From positions 92,145 to 156,144 of the forward strand of contig BEHV01000002.1 of assembly GCA_002898315.1 (NCBI GenBank): a DNA stretch of 64,000 bases, written 5' to 3'. The notes under the pieces were generated by a model. That model did not search any database. It was not told the DNA's origin and saw nothing but the letters and a program-made list of their open reading frames with translations. Source of the stretch: a bacterium HR19. GTDB taxonomy: Bacteria > Calescibacteriota > Calescibacteriia > Calescibacteriales > Calescibacteriaceae. Below, in pieces: positions 1 through 9,134 of the stretch; positions within the stretch are counted from its first letter, which is position 1; the number at the start of each line of letters is the position of its first letter. Made by a program: the position numbers and the translations under genes.

Positions 1-2
1 TC

Positions 3-440
3 CGTGTCCATCTTCAAAAGATATTCTCTGATTACATAAAGAGACCTTATATTGCGGTATATGTTCGTGAGATGAAAAGTCAGAAGATATATGTTTTAGA
101 TGAGGAGAAAGTTGGAGTGATTTATGTTCAGAGACCTCTGAGCATTCTTGAAGCTGTGATACTTGCTGGTGTTTCTCCAAAAGATGATAAACTCTCTCGC
201 ATATACATTATAAGATGGGACGAATCAAAAAAATCAAGCGATATATACTCTGTAAATGTTGAAAAGATTTTGAAACAGGGTGATTTCACTCAAAATGTAT
301 ATCTCAAACCGGGAGATATAGTTTTTATACCTCCAAAATATACGAAGAGTTTGAGAGAAGCTCTCTCATTTTACAGCAGTGTAGGATATTCAATAATTTT
401 TGGTTTAGGTGGCATAAGAGTTCTTGGAATAGTGAAGTGA
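3..440 (+). CDS. Polysaccharide export protein (Wza/KpsD-like, SLBB domain), 5'-truncated by window edge
   Basis: The frame is open from nt 3 through the ATG at 72. PLSILEAVILAGV...VYLKPGDIVFIPP resembles the SLBB/beta-grasp repeats of polysaccharide exporters. Confidence 0.55.
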   Translation, partial: RVHLQKIFSDYIKRPYIAVYVREMKSQKIYVLDEEKVGVIYVQRPLSILEAVILAGVSPKDDKLSRIYIIRWDESKKSSDIYSVNVEKILKQGDFTQNVYLKPGDIVFIPPKYTKSLREALSFYSSVGYSIIFGLGGIRVLGIVK

Positions 441-464
441 TGGTCTAATGGTAAGAAACTTTTC

Positions 465-806
465 TCATTTCAGTTCTACTTTGCATTCTGTTGCGGTTTC
501 TCCGTTCTCTTTTTTGCAGATCACAATAACTATTTTTTTGTCTGGACTTTCCTCTTTGATTTCAAAGTTTATATCCTCTTCTAAAAGTATGGGGTTTATG
601 AATCTTGCTTTTACCTTTTTTATATCTTGGGGTTTGGCGTTAAGATTTTTCAGAGCTTCTTTTATGCAGAGAGCCATTGTGAGCATTCCGTGAACTATCG
701 GACGCGAAAATCCGGCTTTTTTCGCTACATCAAAATTATAGTGTATTTCGTTGAAATCTTGTGAAGCTCCCGCATACATAACAAGCTGTTTCAAATCTAA
801 CTTCAT
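465..806 (-). CDS. MaoC-like (R)-hydratase, single short hotdog domain
   Basis: 113 aa. ASQDFNEIHYNFDVAKKAGFSRPIVHGML matches the MaoC dehydratase motif (D-x-N-x-I-H ... HG). Confidence 0.7.
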   Translation of the reverse strand: MKLDLKQLVMYAGASQDFNEIHYNFDVAKKAGFSRPIVHGMLTMALCIKEALKNLNAKPQDIKKVKARFINPILLEEDINFEIKEESPDKKIVIVICKKENGETATECKVELK

Positions 807-874
807 ATCAATTCTCTTTTTAGAATTTCTGAACTCTATGTTATATTTTTCTGCTTTTCTTTCAGGAAAACATT

Positions 875-1804
875 TTACATTTTACTTTTTCTTTTTTCTA
901 TTTCTCTTTCTATCAGTGTTTTTACGAATGTTTCGGAAACTATTTTGTAGTATCTTATGAGTAAGGTAAGATATGTTTTTTCTTCTTCTTTTTTTACTTT
1001 TATAGGTGCGACAAGGTGAAAGTATGCGAGCTTTCCAAGATAATCTACTAAATCCTTCGCATCATCTTTTGGCAAAGATATATCTATTTTTATCTCTCTA
1101 TATATTTTGGGAAAATCTCTTTCTAAATCTTTTTTTACCTCTCTCATTATTTCGTCATAAGGTATCACACCGAAAAAATAAAAGGTTTTCTCTCTGTCTA
1201 TTTTCTTTTTGGTTTTGCCTCTTGATATTTCTCCTTTTATTTTCAGGGAGATAGAAGAAGGAGCTGGACTGTATTTGAGTATCTTTTTTTCTACATCACA
1301 TTTCAGGTTGGCTGAAACCGAAAATTCGTCTATTGCGGTTTTTATCATCGGAGATAGTTCGCCACAATCTATCTCTATTTTTCTTGATGGCATTTCCGGG
1401 TCAGATAAAAATTCAAGCAACTTCTTCACATTTACCTCTGATAAAACGGTGAGCGCTAATCCATCGGGTAATGTCTCTCTCCTTTCAATCTTGAACCTTG
1501 TTATAAATTTTGAAATATCTTCTATCTTTATTGTTTTTTTTACTTTCTCAATCTCATCTCCTGTTTGGGGGATATACTGCAAGATATTGAAAAAAACTTC
1601 TGTTATTGCTCTTTTATATGCGGATTCGTATGAGGGTGGAGAAGGAAAGATGATTTTCATCCTCACCTGTTCGGTTTCCTGCAAAATTTTCTCTTCTTGA
1701 ACTTTTTCTTCTTCCTGTGCGATTAAGATTTCTCCGAAAAAAAGTGTTGATAAGATATATATTGCAAGTATTTTCATGATTGTTTTTCTTTTGCGATTTT
1801 TCAC
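875..1804 (-). CDS. Hypothetical secreted protein
   Basis: 309 aa with a signal-like MKILAIYILSTLFFGEILIAQ and a K/E-rich body; no domain recognised. The GTG start overlaps the hflX stop (GTGA), suggesting coupling. Confidence 0.5.
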   Translation of the reverse strand: MKNRKRKTIMKILAIYILSTLFFGEILIAQEEEKVQEEKILQETEQVRMKIIFPSPPSYESAYKRAITEVFFNILQYIPQTGDEIEKVKKTIKIEDISKFITRFKIERRETLPDGLALTVLSEVNVKKLLEFLSDPEMPSRKIEIDCGELSPMIKTAIDEFSVSANLKCDVEKKILKYSPAPSSISLKIKGEISRGKTKKKIDREKTFYFFGVIPYDEIMREVKKDLERDFPKIYREIKIDISLPKDDAKDLVDYLGKLAYFHLVAPIKVKKEEEKTYLTLLIRYYKIVSETFVKTLIEREIEKRKSKM

Positions 1805-2961
1805 AAATAAATTAACGACTTTTTTTCCTCTTCTGCTTTTTCTTTTATCTCTCCTTTTTCTATCTTTCCGGCTAACTCTATTATTTTTTCTTTTAGGTCA
1901 TCTATACCTATTTTGTAGATAGCCGAAATGAATATCGCTTCTTGAAATTTTTCTCTCGCTGTGATCAATCTCTCTTTTGGAACAAGGTCTATTTTGTTGA
2001 AAACTATTATATATGGCTTTGATTTATCTACCTGAATTTCATCAAGAACATCTCGTATTGTTTGATATTGTTTCTCGTAATCAGAGCTTATATCAAGGAC
2101 TATTAAGAGGGCGTCAGAAAATATGACTTCTTCAAGGGTTGATTTGAAAGCTGCTATGAGCGAGTGAGGTAGATTCCTTATGAATCCGACCGTATCTGAA
2201 AGTAGGATGTTGTTATTTTCCTTTAATTTTCCTACTCTTGTCTCAAGCGTCGTAAATAGTTGGTCTTTTATGATAACATCTTCACCAGATAGGGTTTTGA
2301 GCAGGGTTGATTTTCCTACATTCGTGTATCCCACAAGTGAAAAAGTGATGAATCCTTCTTTTTTTCTTCTCTCTCTGTGGAGGAATCTTGTTTTTCTTAT
2401 GTCTTCAATCTCTTTTTCTATTGCTCTTATTCGGTTTAGCATGTGCCTTTTGAGCTCTTCTGTTTTTGTTTCTCCCGGACCTCTTGTGCCGAGAACTCCT
2501 CCGAGCTGGGACATCTCTTTTCCTATTCCTATGAGTTTTGCCATTTTATATTTTAGCTCTGCGAGTTCAACTTGAAGTTTCCCTTCCCTTGTCGTAGCTC
2601 TTTCTGCGAATATCCTTATTATCACATATTCCCTATCAACAACTTCTTTTTTCGTTATTTCTCTGAGGTTTGATATTTGGGAGGTCTTTAAAATTGAGTC
2701 AAACGCTATCACATCTATGTTTTCTTTCAACGCAAGTTCTTTTGCTTTACCTTTACCTATGAAAAAAGATGGATCGGGTCTTTCTCTTTTTTGTATTATT
2801 TCTTCCTCTATTTTCCCTCCGAGATTTTTTATAAGTTCTTTGAACTCATCAAATGATTCAAGCTTGTCTTGGATTTCGTTTTTTCTCGCAAATTTCGGCA
2901 AAACCGTCGCTACCGCAAATCTTTTTCCCTGATAAGAAGATGCTTCCTCAAATATGTCCAT
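1801..2961 (-). CDS. hflX: GTPase HflX
   Basis: 386 aa. HflX N-domain plus G motifs GYTNVGKSTL, DTVGF and NKID. Confidence 0.9.
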   Translation of the reverse strand: MDIFEEASSYQGKRFAVATVLPKFARKNEIQDKLESFDEFKELIKNLGGKIEEEIIQKRERPDPSFFIGKGKAKELALKENIDVIAFDSILKTSQISNLREITKKEVVDREYVIIRIFAERATTREGKLQVELAELKYKMAKLIGIGKEMSQLGGVLGTRGPGETKTEELKRHMLNRIRAIEKEIEDIRKTRFLHRERRKKEGFITFSLVGYTNVGKSTLLKTLSGEDVIIKDQLFTTLETRVGKLKENNNILLSDTVGFIRNLPHSLIAAFKSTLEEVIFSDALLIVLDISSDYEKQYQTIRDVLDEIQVDKSKPYIIVFNKIDLVPKERLITAREKFQEAIFISAIYKIGIDDLKEKIIELAGKIEKGEIKEKAEEEKKSLIYL

Positions 2962-3040
2962 CTATTATTTAAATTAAAAAGTTTTCCTTTATTATTGCGA
3001 AAAAGAAAAAACATTCATCAGGTTTTTTAATTTAAGTTTT

Positions 3041-3568
3041 ATGAATTTTGCCTTCATCTCTTTTAATTTTTCTTATATCTTTTCGCCCGAAGGTCTGTTT
3101 ATAATTTCATCTGCAATTTTTATATCATACCTTTTCTATTCATTTCTGAGGTCTCACTTCAAGTGGAGTTTTCTTTCGTTTTTTGTTTTTGTCCCAATAT
3201 CAATCTTTTTTGTTGCGAAAGATGAGAGAGCAATGCTTGTGAAGAAAGTAGAAGAGAGAGCAGAGAAATCAGCAGATATAAATTTGCTCCGTCATCTTTC
3301 AAGAATATATGAATACGAGGGAGATATAACATCAGCGGTCAAAACATATATGAAAATAATTCAGGTTGATCCGAATGATGAAGATACGCTTCTCAAATTA
3401 GCTATAATTTTCGCTCAAATGGGAAATGTTGACCTTTCACTTCACATAATTCAAAATATCCTCAAATCTAACCCGTCTGATGTTATTGCAAAACATTTAT
3501 ATGATGTTCTGACAAAGATAAAATCTGGCGAAGAAGAAGGTAAGAAAGAGAACATCAAAGAAAAATAA
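3041..3568 (+). CDS. Membrane-anchored TPR-repeat protein
   Basis: N-terminal hydrophobic segments followed by TPR-like repeats (AVKTYMKIIQVDPNDEDTLLKLAIIFAQMGNVDLSLHIIQNILKSNP). Confidence 0.55.
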   Translation: MNFAFISFNFSYIFSPEGLFIISSAIFISYLFYSFLRSHFKWSFLSFFVFVPISIFFVAKDERAMLVKKVEERAEKSADINLLRHLSRIYEYEGDITSAVKTYMKIIQVDPNDEDTLLKLAIIFAQMGNVDLSLHIIQNILKSNPSDVIAKHLYDVLTKIKSGEEEGKKENIKEK

Positions 3569-3588
3569 ATTGAACTTTACCAGGTTAT

Positions 3589-4011
3589 ATGAGATTGGTT
3601 TTGATGAATCTATTTTTCCTTCTCCTTTTTATTTCTTGCTCTTCAAAGAAATTTTATGTAGTTATTGACATAAAAAGTAGAAGTCCTTGGGTTATATCAA
3701 AAGGTTTATCGGTGGGTGATGAGAGAGCAGAAAAAAAAGCCGATGTCAAACTGAACATAGTAGATTACGAAGAGTCGCCATACTTTTTTGATTCATACGG
3801 TAATCCAAAAGCTTACAGAATTTTTGTAAGGGTTTCTTATGAGATAAGATGTGAGAAAGGATTTTTTGCTGGAAACTTCTCTTTTTATGAAACATTCAAT
3901 TCTTATAACCCGCAAAGTTATAGAGCTTCTGTTATTGGGAAAAGAAAGGTTATAGAAAGGAGATTGGTCCAGAGAGTTATTTCAGAAGTTGAGAAGGCAT
4001 GCTTTCGGTAA
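3589..4011 (+). CDS. Lipoprotein, weakly LptE-like
   Basis: Lipobox LLFISC. The central SPYFFDSYGNPKAYRIFVRVSYEI resembles the LptE core. Its 3' end overlaps mnmA convergently by 35 nt. Confidence 0.4.
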   Translation: MRLVLMNLFFLLLFISCSSKKFYVVIDIKSRSPWVISKGLSVGDERAEKKADVKLNIVDYEESPYFFDSYGNPKAYRIFVRVSYEIRCEKGFFAGNFSFYETFNSYNPQSYRASVIGKRKVIERRLVQRVISEVEKACFR

Positions 4012-5152
4012 TATTATTTGGTTTTTCTGGTTTTGCAATGAACCCTCCTCCTATAACTTTATCTTCCGAATAAAAAACGCACGCTTGTCCTGGGACAACC
4101 GGTCCGTACTCTTTTTCAAAAATCACATGAGCTTTTGAGCCGATTTTCCTCACGAAAGCAAGAGAACCTTCATGAGTATATCTTACTTTAACCAAACACC
4201 TTATATAATCTCTTTCAAAATCTTCTTGAATCTCTTCATCTACAAAAGAGAGGTTTTCAACAAAAAACTCCTTTATTGCGAGGTTTCTTTTATCTCCTAC
4301 AAATATTATGTTGTTTTCTGGGTCTATGTGAATTACATAAAGCGGTTTGCCACGAGCTACTCCTATACCTCTTCTTTGTCCAACAGTGAAAAAGAAGTAT
4401 CCCGGGTGAGTGCCGATGACTTCTCCTGATTCAATATCTATTATTTTGCCTGTTTTCTCCTTTACTCCGAATGATTTTATGACATCTCTCCAATCTTTTC
4501 CTTCTGTGAAGCATATATCTTGTGATTCTGGCTTTTTAGCTGTTGGGAGTTCATAATCTTCGGCAATTTTTCTTACCATATCTTTTTCCATGTTACCGAC
4601 AGGGAAGAGGATTTTTTCTATCTGATAAGATTTCAGTCCGAAAAGGAAATATGATTGATCTTTTTTTGATGGGGACTTTGAGATGAAGTTTATTCCTTTT
4701 TCTCTTTTTTTGAGGGCATAGTGTCCTGTTGCAACGAAATCAGCTCCCAGCATTTCCGCTTTCTTTAAAAACAGCTCAAATTTTATTATGTTGTTGCAGT
4801 GAACGCATGGAATAGGAGTCCTTCCCGCTCTGTATTCGGAAATAAAGTTATTTATTATGTATTTTCTGAATTCATCTCGCATGTCTATAACGTAAAACGG
4901 TATTTTGAGTTTTAAAGCTACTCTTTCAGCATCTCCTATGTCATATGCGGAGCAACAAGTTCTGCCTTCTCCCTTTGACTTTGACTCATACAGCATGAAA
5001 GTAACCCCTACAACTTCGTATCCTGCTTGTTTCAGAAGTAGGGCGGAGGTAGATGAATCAACCCCACCGCTCATCGCAACAAAAACAACAGGTCTTTTTC
5101 TGATAAGATTCATAAAGCAAAAACGAAATAACAATAAAATATATTTACTCAT
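3977..5152 (-). CDS. mnmA: tRNA-specific 2-thiouridylase MnmA
   Basis: PP-loop VAMSGGVDSS with MnmA-like sequence throughout. The true start may be the internal ATG at 5113 (MNLIRKRPVVFVAMSGG). Confidence 0.9.
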   Translation of the reverse strand: MSKYILLLFRFCFMNLIRKRPVVFVAMSGGVDSSTSALLLKQAGYEVVGVTFMLYESKSKGEGRTCCSAYDIGDAERVALKLKIPFYVIDMRDEFRKYIINNFISEYRAGRTPIPCVHCNNIIKFELFLKKAEMLGADFVATGHYALKKREKGINFISKSPSKKDQSYFLFGLKSYQIEKILFPVGNMEKDMVRKIAEDYELPTAKKPESQDICFTEGKDWRDVIKSFGVKEKTGKIIDIESGEVIGTHPGYFFFTVGQRRGIGVARGKPLYVIHIDPENNIIFVGDKRNLAIKEFFVENLSFVDEEIQEDFERDYIRCLVKVRYTHEGSLAFVRKIGSKAHVIFEKEYGPVVPGQACVFYSEDKVIGGGFIAKPEKPNNITESMPSQLLK

Positions 5153-5221
5153 CAGTAAAGAAGAGAGAAATGCAGATAAAGAATTTCCCTAGTGTGTTAG
5201 AGTGTGTAAAAAATCTTTCTC

Positions 5222-6541
5222 TCACAAGCTTTCTATGGCTTTCTCAACTCTCTCTATATCTTCTTCCTCGTGAGAAACAGATAAAAACCATGCTTCAAAA
5301 GGTGATGGGGGAATAAGCACTTTATTTTCAAGAAGTTTTTTGAAGAATTTTTTGAACATTTCTGTATCACTTTTTTTGGCATCTTCAAAATTTTCCGGAA
5401 CTTTTTCGGAGAAGAAAACAGATATTACTCCTGTTTCCATAACTATTGATACCGGAATACCTTTCCTGAAAAAACCTTCTTTCAAAACATAAAAGAGTTG
5501 TTCCGTCTTCTGCCTCAGAGTTTTGTAAAAATCCTCTCTTGATGATATTGCGCAAAGCGTTGCTAAACCTGCTCTTATTGATAGAGGATTTCCTGCAAAT
5601 GTTCCTGACTGATAAACTTTCCCAGATGGAGCAACTACGCTCATTATATCTTTTTTCCCTCCGAAAGCTCCTATTGGAGTTCCTCCACCTATTACCTTGC
5701 CGAGAGTTATCAAATCTGGCTCTGGTACTTTTATTTTCTCTTCTTTTTCTCCTGACCCATCAAACTTTCTTATGTGTATCTCTCCTTTTTTTGTGATTCC
5801 TCCCCAACCTACCCGAAAACCTGTTACTATCTCATCATATATCAAGAGAGATTTGTGTTTTTTGCAGAGTTCGTAAATTTTTGATATGAATTTCTGTTTT
5901 GGTGGAATGACTCCCATGTTTGCCGGAAGTACTTCAAGGACACAGCAAGCTATATCGTATTTTTTGAATGTATCTTCAAGGATATCATCAGGGGCGTTGA
6001 AGGGTAGGGTTATAGTGCATGAGATAAATTCTTCAGGTACTCCATCACTTGTTGGAATTTGCAGTGTAGCGAGTCCAGAACCAGATGAAGTTAAAAATTG
6101 GTCGGAGTGCCCGTGGAAACAGCCAGAAAATCTCATCACAAACTTTTTTTTTGAAAATCCTCTTGCAACTCTCACTATGCTCATTACCGCTTCTGTTCCG
6201 GAGTTGACGAACCTGAAAGAGAAGCCATCTCCAAATGACTTTGAAATCATTTTTGCGAACTCTACTTCTTTTCTGTGATTCAAACCGAAAGATATTCCTT
6301 CTTCAATTTGTTTTCTGAGCTCTTCAACAACCTTTTCGTGTGAATGTCCGAGAATTATTGCTCCCCATGACATCACAAAATCAGAAAGCTCTTTGCCATC
6401 TTCTGTGTATATTTTTGAACCCCTGGCTTTTTTCACATATACGGGATTCATCTCAACATTAGAAAAAGACCTCACAGGGGAGTTCACTCCGCCGGGTATA
6501 TACTTTTTTGCATCTTCAAAAAGTTTTTCAGATTCTGTCAT
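5222..6541 (-). CDS. hemL: Glutamate-1-semialdehyde 2,1-aminomutase
   Basis: KYIPGGVNSPVRSF at the N-terminus and the PLP-lysine segment LGKVIGGG. It has an approximately 18-aa insertion relative to my recollection of E. coli HemL. Confidence 0.9.
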   Translation of the reverse strand: MTESEKLFEDAKKYIPGGVNSPVRSFSNVEMNPVYVKKARGSKIYTEDGKELSDFVMSWGAIILGHSHEKVVEELRKQIEEGISFGLNHRKEVEFAKMISKSFGDGFSFRFVNSGTEAVMSIVRVARGFSKKKFVMRFSGCFHGHSDQFLTSSGSGLATLQIPTSDGVPEEFISCTITLPFNAPDDILEDTFKKYDIACCVLEVLPANMGVIPPKQKFISKIYELCKKHKSLLIYDEIVTGFRVGWGGITKKGEIHIRKFDGSGEKEEKIKVPEPDLITLGKVIGGGTPIGAFGGKKDIMSVVAPSGKVYQSGTFAGNPLSIRAGLATLCAISSREDFYKTLRQKTEQLFYVLKEGFFRKGIPVSIVMETGVISVFFSEKVPENFEDAKKSDTEMFKKFFKKLLENKVLIPPSPFEAWFLSVSHEEEDIERVEKAIESL

Positions 6542-6665
6542 TTAAATTTTAGAGTAATTGCGATTTTGTAGAGAAAGCTTTTTGCGGACATAATATCTCA
6601 CAATTTCTCCCTTGAATTTTTTCTGCCGATGAAAATTTTTTCACTTTTGCTTTATCTTTTTCATT

Positions 6666-7463
6666 ATGGATTTCAAGGGTAAGGTAGTTTTTGTAAGTGC
6701 TGCTTCTCGTGGAATAGGTTTTGAAACAGCTAAAAAATTCTGTGAGCTTTCCGCAAATGTCTTTATAACATCGCGAAAAGAAGAAAACCTTAAATCTGCT
6801 GTCCATAACATAGAAACTTATCTTCAATCTATCGGGCGCAGAAAAGGGATAGATTACGATATTCAGTTTTTCCCTGCTCACAGCGGGAATCCAGAAGATG
6901 TGAAAAAAGCTGTTGAAGTTTGCTGGGAGAGGTTTGGTAAGATAGATATACTTGTTAATAACTCTGCTACAAATCCTACAATATCTCCGTTACATCAAGT
7001 AGAAGATGAGCTCTGGGAGAAAATAATAAGCGTCAGTTTGACCGGGAATTTTGTGGCGAGCCGTGAAGTTGCAAAACGAATGATAGAAAAAAATATAAAA
7101 GGGTGTATAATTAATGTTGCTTCTGTTGCCGGTTTGAGAGCTACTCCGGGACTTGGCGTTTACGCGGTAGCGAAAGCGGGGCTTATATCTCTCACGAAAA
7201 CTATGGCTGTTGAACTTGCTCCATTCGGTATAAGAGTAAATGCAGTCGCTCCGGGACTTATAAGAACTAAATTCTCTTCTGTCCTTGTGGATTTATTTGA
7301 AAGTGGCGGTAAAGCAGAGGATACCAACCCTCTTCTTCGTATTCCTCTCGGAAGAGTCGGAGAACCGAATGAGGTTGCCGACCTTATAGTTTTCCTTGCA
7401 TCAGATAAGGCATCTTACATAACCGGGGCGGTTTTTGTGATAGATGGTGGTTCCACAGCTTAA
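6666..7463 (+). CDS. SDR-family oxidoreductase (FabG-like)
   Basis: Cofactor motif [12 protein letters not shown], and the catalytic YAVAK (YxxxK). Confidence 0.85.
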   Translation: MDFKGKVVFVSAASRGIGFETAKKFCELSANVFITSRKEENLKSAVHNIETYLQSIGRRKGIDYDIQFFPAHSGNPEDVKKAVEVCWERFGKIDILVNNSATNPTISPLHQVEDELWEKIISVSLTGNFVASREVAKRMIEKNIKGCIINVASVAGLRATPGLGVYAVAKAGLISLTKTMAVELAPFGIRVNAVAPGLIRTKFSSVLVDLFESGGKAEDTNPLLRIPLGRVGEPNEVADLIVFLASDKASYITGAVFVIDGGSTA

Positions 7464-7589
7464 AAAACCTTACTGAATTTATTTCCCATTTGAAAAATTT
7501 TCTTGTTATTTTCAAAACCCACGAAAAATAGTGCAATAATAAAATGATTTCGTTTCAAACTTGAAAAATTAAAAGGAGGTTTTTAGATC

Positions 7590-8189
7590 ATGGCTGTGTA
7601 TCAAGCAAAGAACTTTGACCATCTTTTAGGCACCCCGGGTTTTTCAGACCAGCTTCTTAAAAATCACTTCACACTCTATCAGGGATATGTTACAAACACA
7701 AATAAGCTTATTGAGGAGCTTGAGGCGATGACGAAGGAGGGGAAAGTTGGCACTCCCGCTTATGCTGAACTCAAAAGAAGATTCGGATGGGAGTTCAACG
7801 GCATGAGATTACACGAACTTTACTTTGAGAATATGACAAAAGAAAAAGTTGATTTCCCGGAAGGTTCATCTCTCTTCAAAAAGATAGTTCAAGATTTTGG
7901 TTCTTTTGAAACATGGGAGAAGGATTTCAAGGCAACAGGTGCTATGAGAGGCATAGGTTGGGCGGCTCTTTACTACGACCCTGTTGCAAACAAACTTTTC
8001 AACACATGGATAAATGAACACGATGTCGGACACCTTTCAACTTGTAGCATAATACTTATTATGGACGTATTTGAACACGCTTTTATGATTGATTATGGTC
8101 TCAAAAGGGCAGATTACATAGAAGCATTCTTCAAAGCAATAGATTGGAAGGTTGTCGTAAATCGCTACGAAAAGGTGAAAGCAAAATAA
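7590..8189 (+). CDS. Fe/Mn-type superoxide dismutase (divergent N-terminal motif)
   Basis: 199 aa. Ligand contexts are LKNHFTLYQGYV, LHELYF and DVFEHAF. A strong SD (AAAGGAGG) lies about 11 nt upstream. Confidence 0.8.
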   Translation: MAVYQAKNFDHLLGTPGFSDQLLKNHFTLYQGYVTNTNKLIEELEAMTKEGKVGTPAYAELKRRFGWEFNGMRLHELYFENMTKEKVDFPEGSSLFKKIVQDFGSFETWEKDFKATGAMRGIGWAALYYDPVANKLFNTWINEHDVGHLSTCSIILIMDVFEHAFMIDYGLKRADYIEAFFKAIDWKVVVNRYEKVKAK

Positions 8190-8251
8190 TTGGTCGTAGG
8201 TAAACTCGTATTTGTGCAAACCTTATTCTATGCTGAATAATATAATTTCAG

Positions 8252-9088
8252 ATGATAGAATTCAAGGAGTGGGAAAGCGCTGCTACGGGTTTGAGATGGG
8301 GAGAAGTTCTTTTTGACCTGGCAAATCTACCTAATTTAGACCGCTCGTTTTTTCAAAATTTAAGTGAAGAATCCAAATTATTTGACTGTGTTGTTCTGCG
8401 CCTGAAAATACCCTTTAACTCTGATAACTTGAAAAATAAAAAAATTTACTCTGCTTTCAGCTCTGCATTGGCTTTTTCGGACAGCTTTCAGAACTCTCTG
8501 AAACGAGAAATTGAATTGATGGGATTTTCCTTTGTTGATGAAAAAATTTGTGTTCTCGTCAATCTGAAAGAAATTCAGCTTGATATACAAATTGATAAAT
8601 GGAAAAACCTATGCTTTGATTTTTTCTCTGGTGAAAACTCTATCTCTTGCGGAAAAATTAGCCATTTTCTTGAACTTGTGAAAATTGAAGGAGCAAGGAA
8701 ATTGAAAGAGGTATCAAGTTATAGAAATTTTTCTTGGGCGGAGGAAATATATAGAAGGTGGATAGATGAAATTTTGCTTGAAGGGGCTTTTGGAATAGTT
8801 CATTCTGACTATGGATGGGGATTCGCCGGCTCAAAAATATTCCCGCAAGAGAGAACTGCAAAATTTATACTCCTCTTTTCAGATAAAATCCCATCTTTTG
8901 TTATAATAAAAAGGTTTTTTGATTTTATAATGAATCTCAATGTGCAAATCGTTGAAGCGAAAATCTCTCTTCTGTTGAATAAAAAATTTGCTCTGCTTCT
9001 TGCTAATTCTATAAGCAAAAATCTTTTCTGGAAAGAACTTATATTTATGAGAGTAAATTCCAAAGTGAAGCAAGATAAGAGCAAATGA
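8252..9088 (+). CDS. Hypothetical protein
   Basis: 278-aa ORF in the gap between sod and the topoisomerase gene; no domain recognised. Confidence 0.4.
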   Translation: MIEFKEWESAATGLRWGEVLFDLANLPNLDRSFFQNLSEESKLFDCVVLRLKIPFNSDNLKNKKIYSAFSSALAFSDSFQNSLKREIELMGFSFVDEKICVLVNLKEIQLDIQIDKWKNLCFDFFSGENSISCGKISHFLELVKIEGARKLKEVSSYRNFSWAEEIYRRWIDEILLEGAFGIVHSDYGWGFAGSKIFPQERTAKFILLFSDKIPSFVIIKRFFDFIMNLNVQIVEAKISLLLNKKFALLLANSISKNLFWKELIFMRVNSKVKQDKSK

Positions 9089-9134
9089 AACTACAAATTT
9101 AAACTTTATCCCGTAGAATTTTAAAATTGAAAAT

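Noticed and set aside
1209-1700. Numerous 60-224-aa ORFs antisense to the annotated genes, for example 448-693, 1209-1700, 2180-2575, 13926-14357, 15218-15670, 21237-21527, 42197-42559, 42808-43482 and 60744-61019.
   Set aside because: They lie fully inside well-supported genes on the opposite strand. Their F/L/S/P-rich low-complexity translations are the mirror image of K/E/R-rich purine-biased coding strands, and pyrimidine-rich antisense strands rarely contain stop codons. No SD or domain signal was seen.
6549-6881. A 110-aa minus-strand ORF between hemL and the SDR gene.
   Set aside because: It overlaps the SDR gene start by more than 200 nt in antisense and has odd composition and no motif. 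The SDR gene is well supported.
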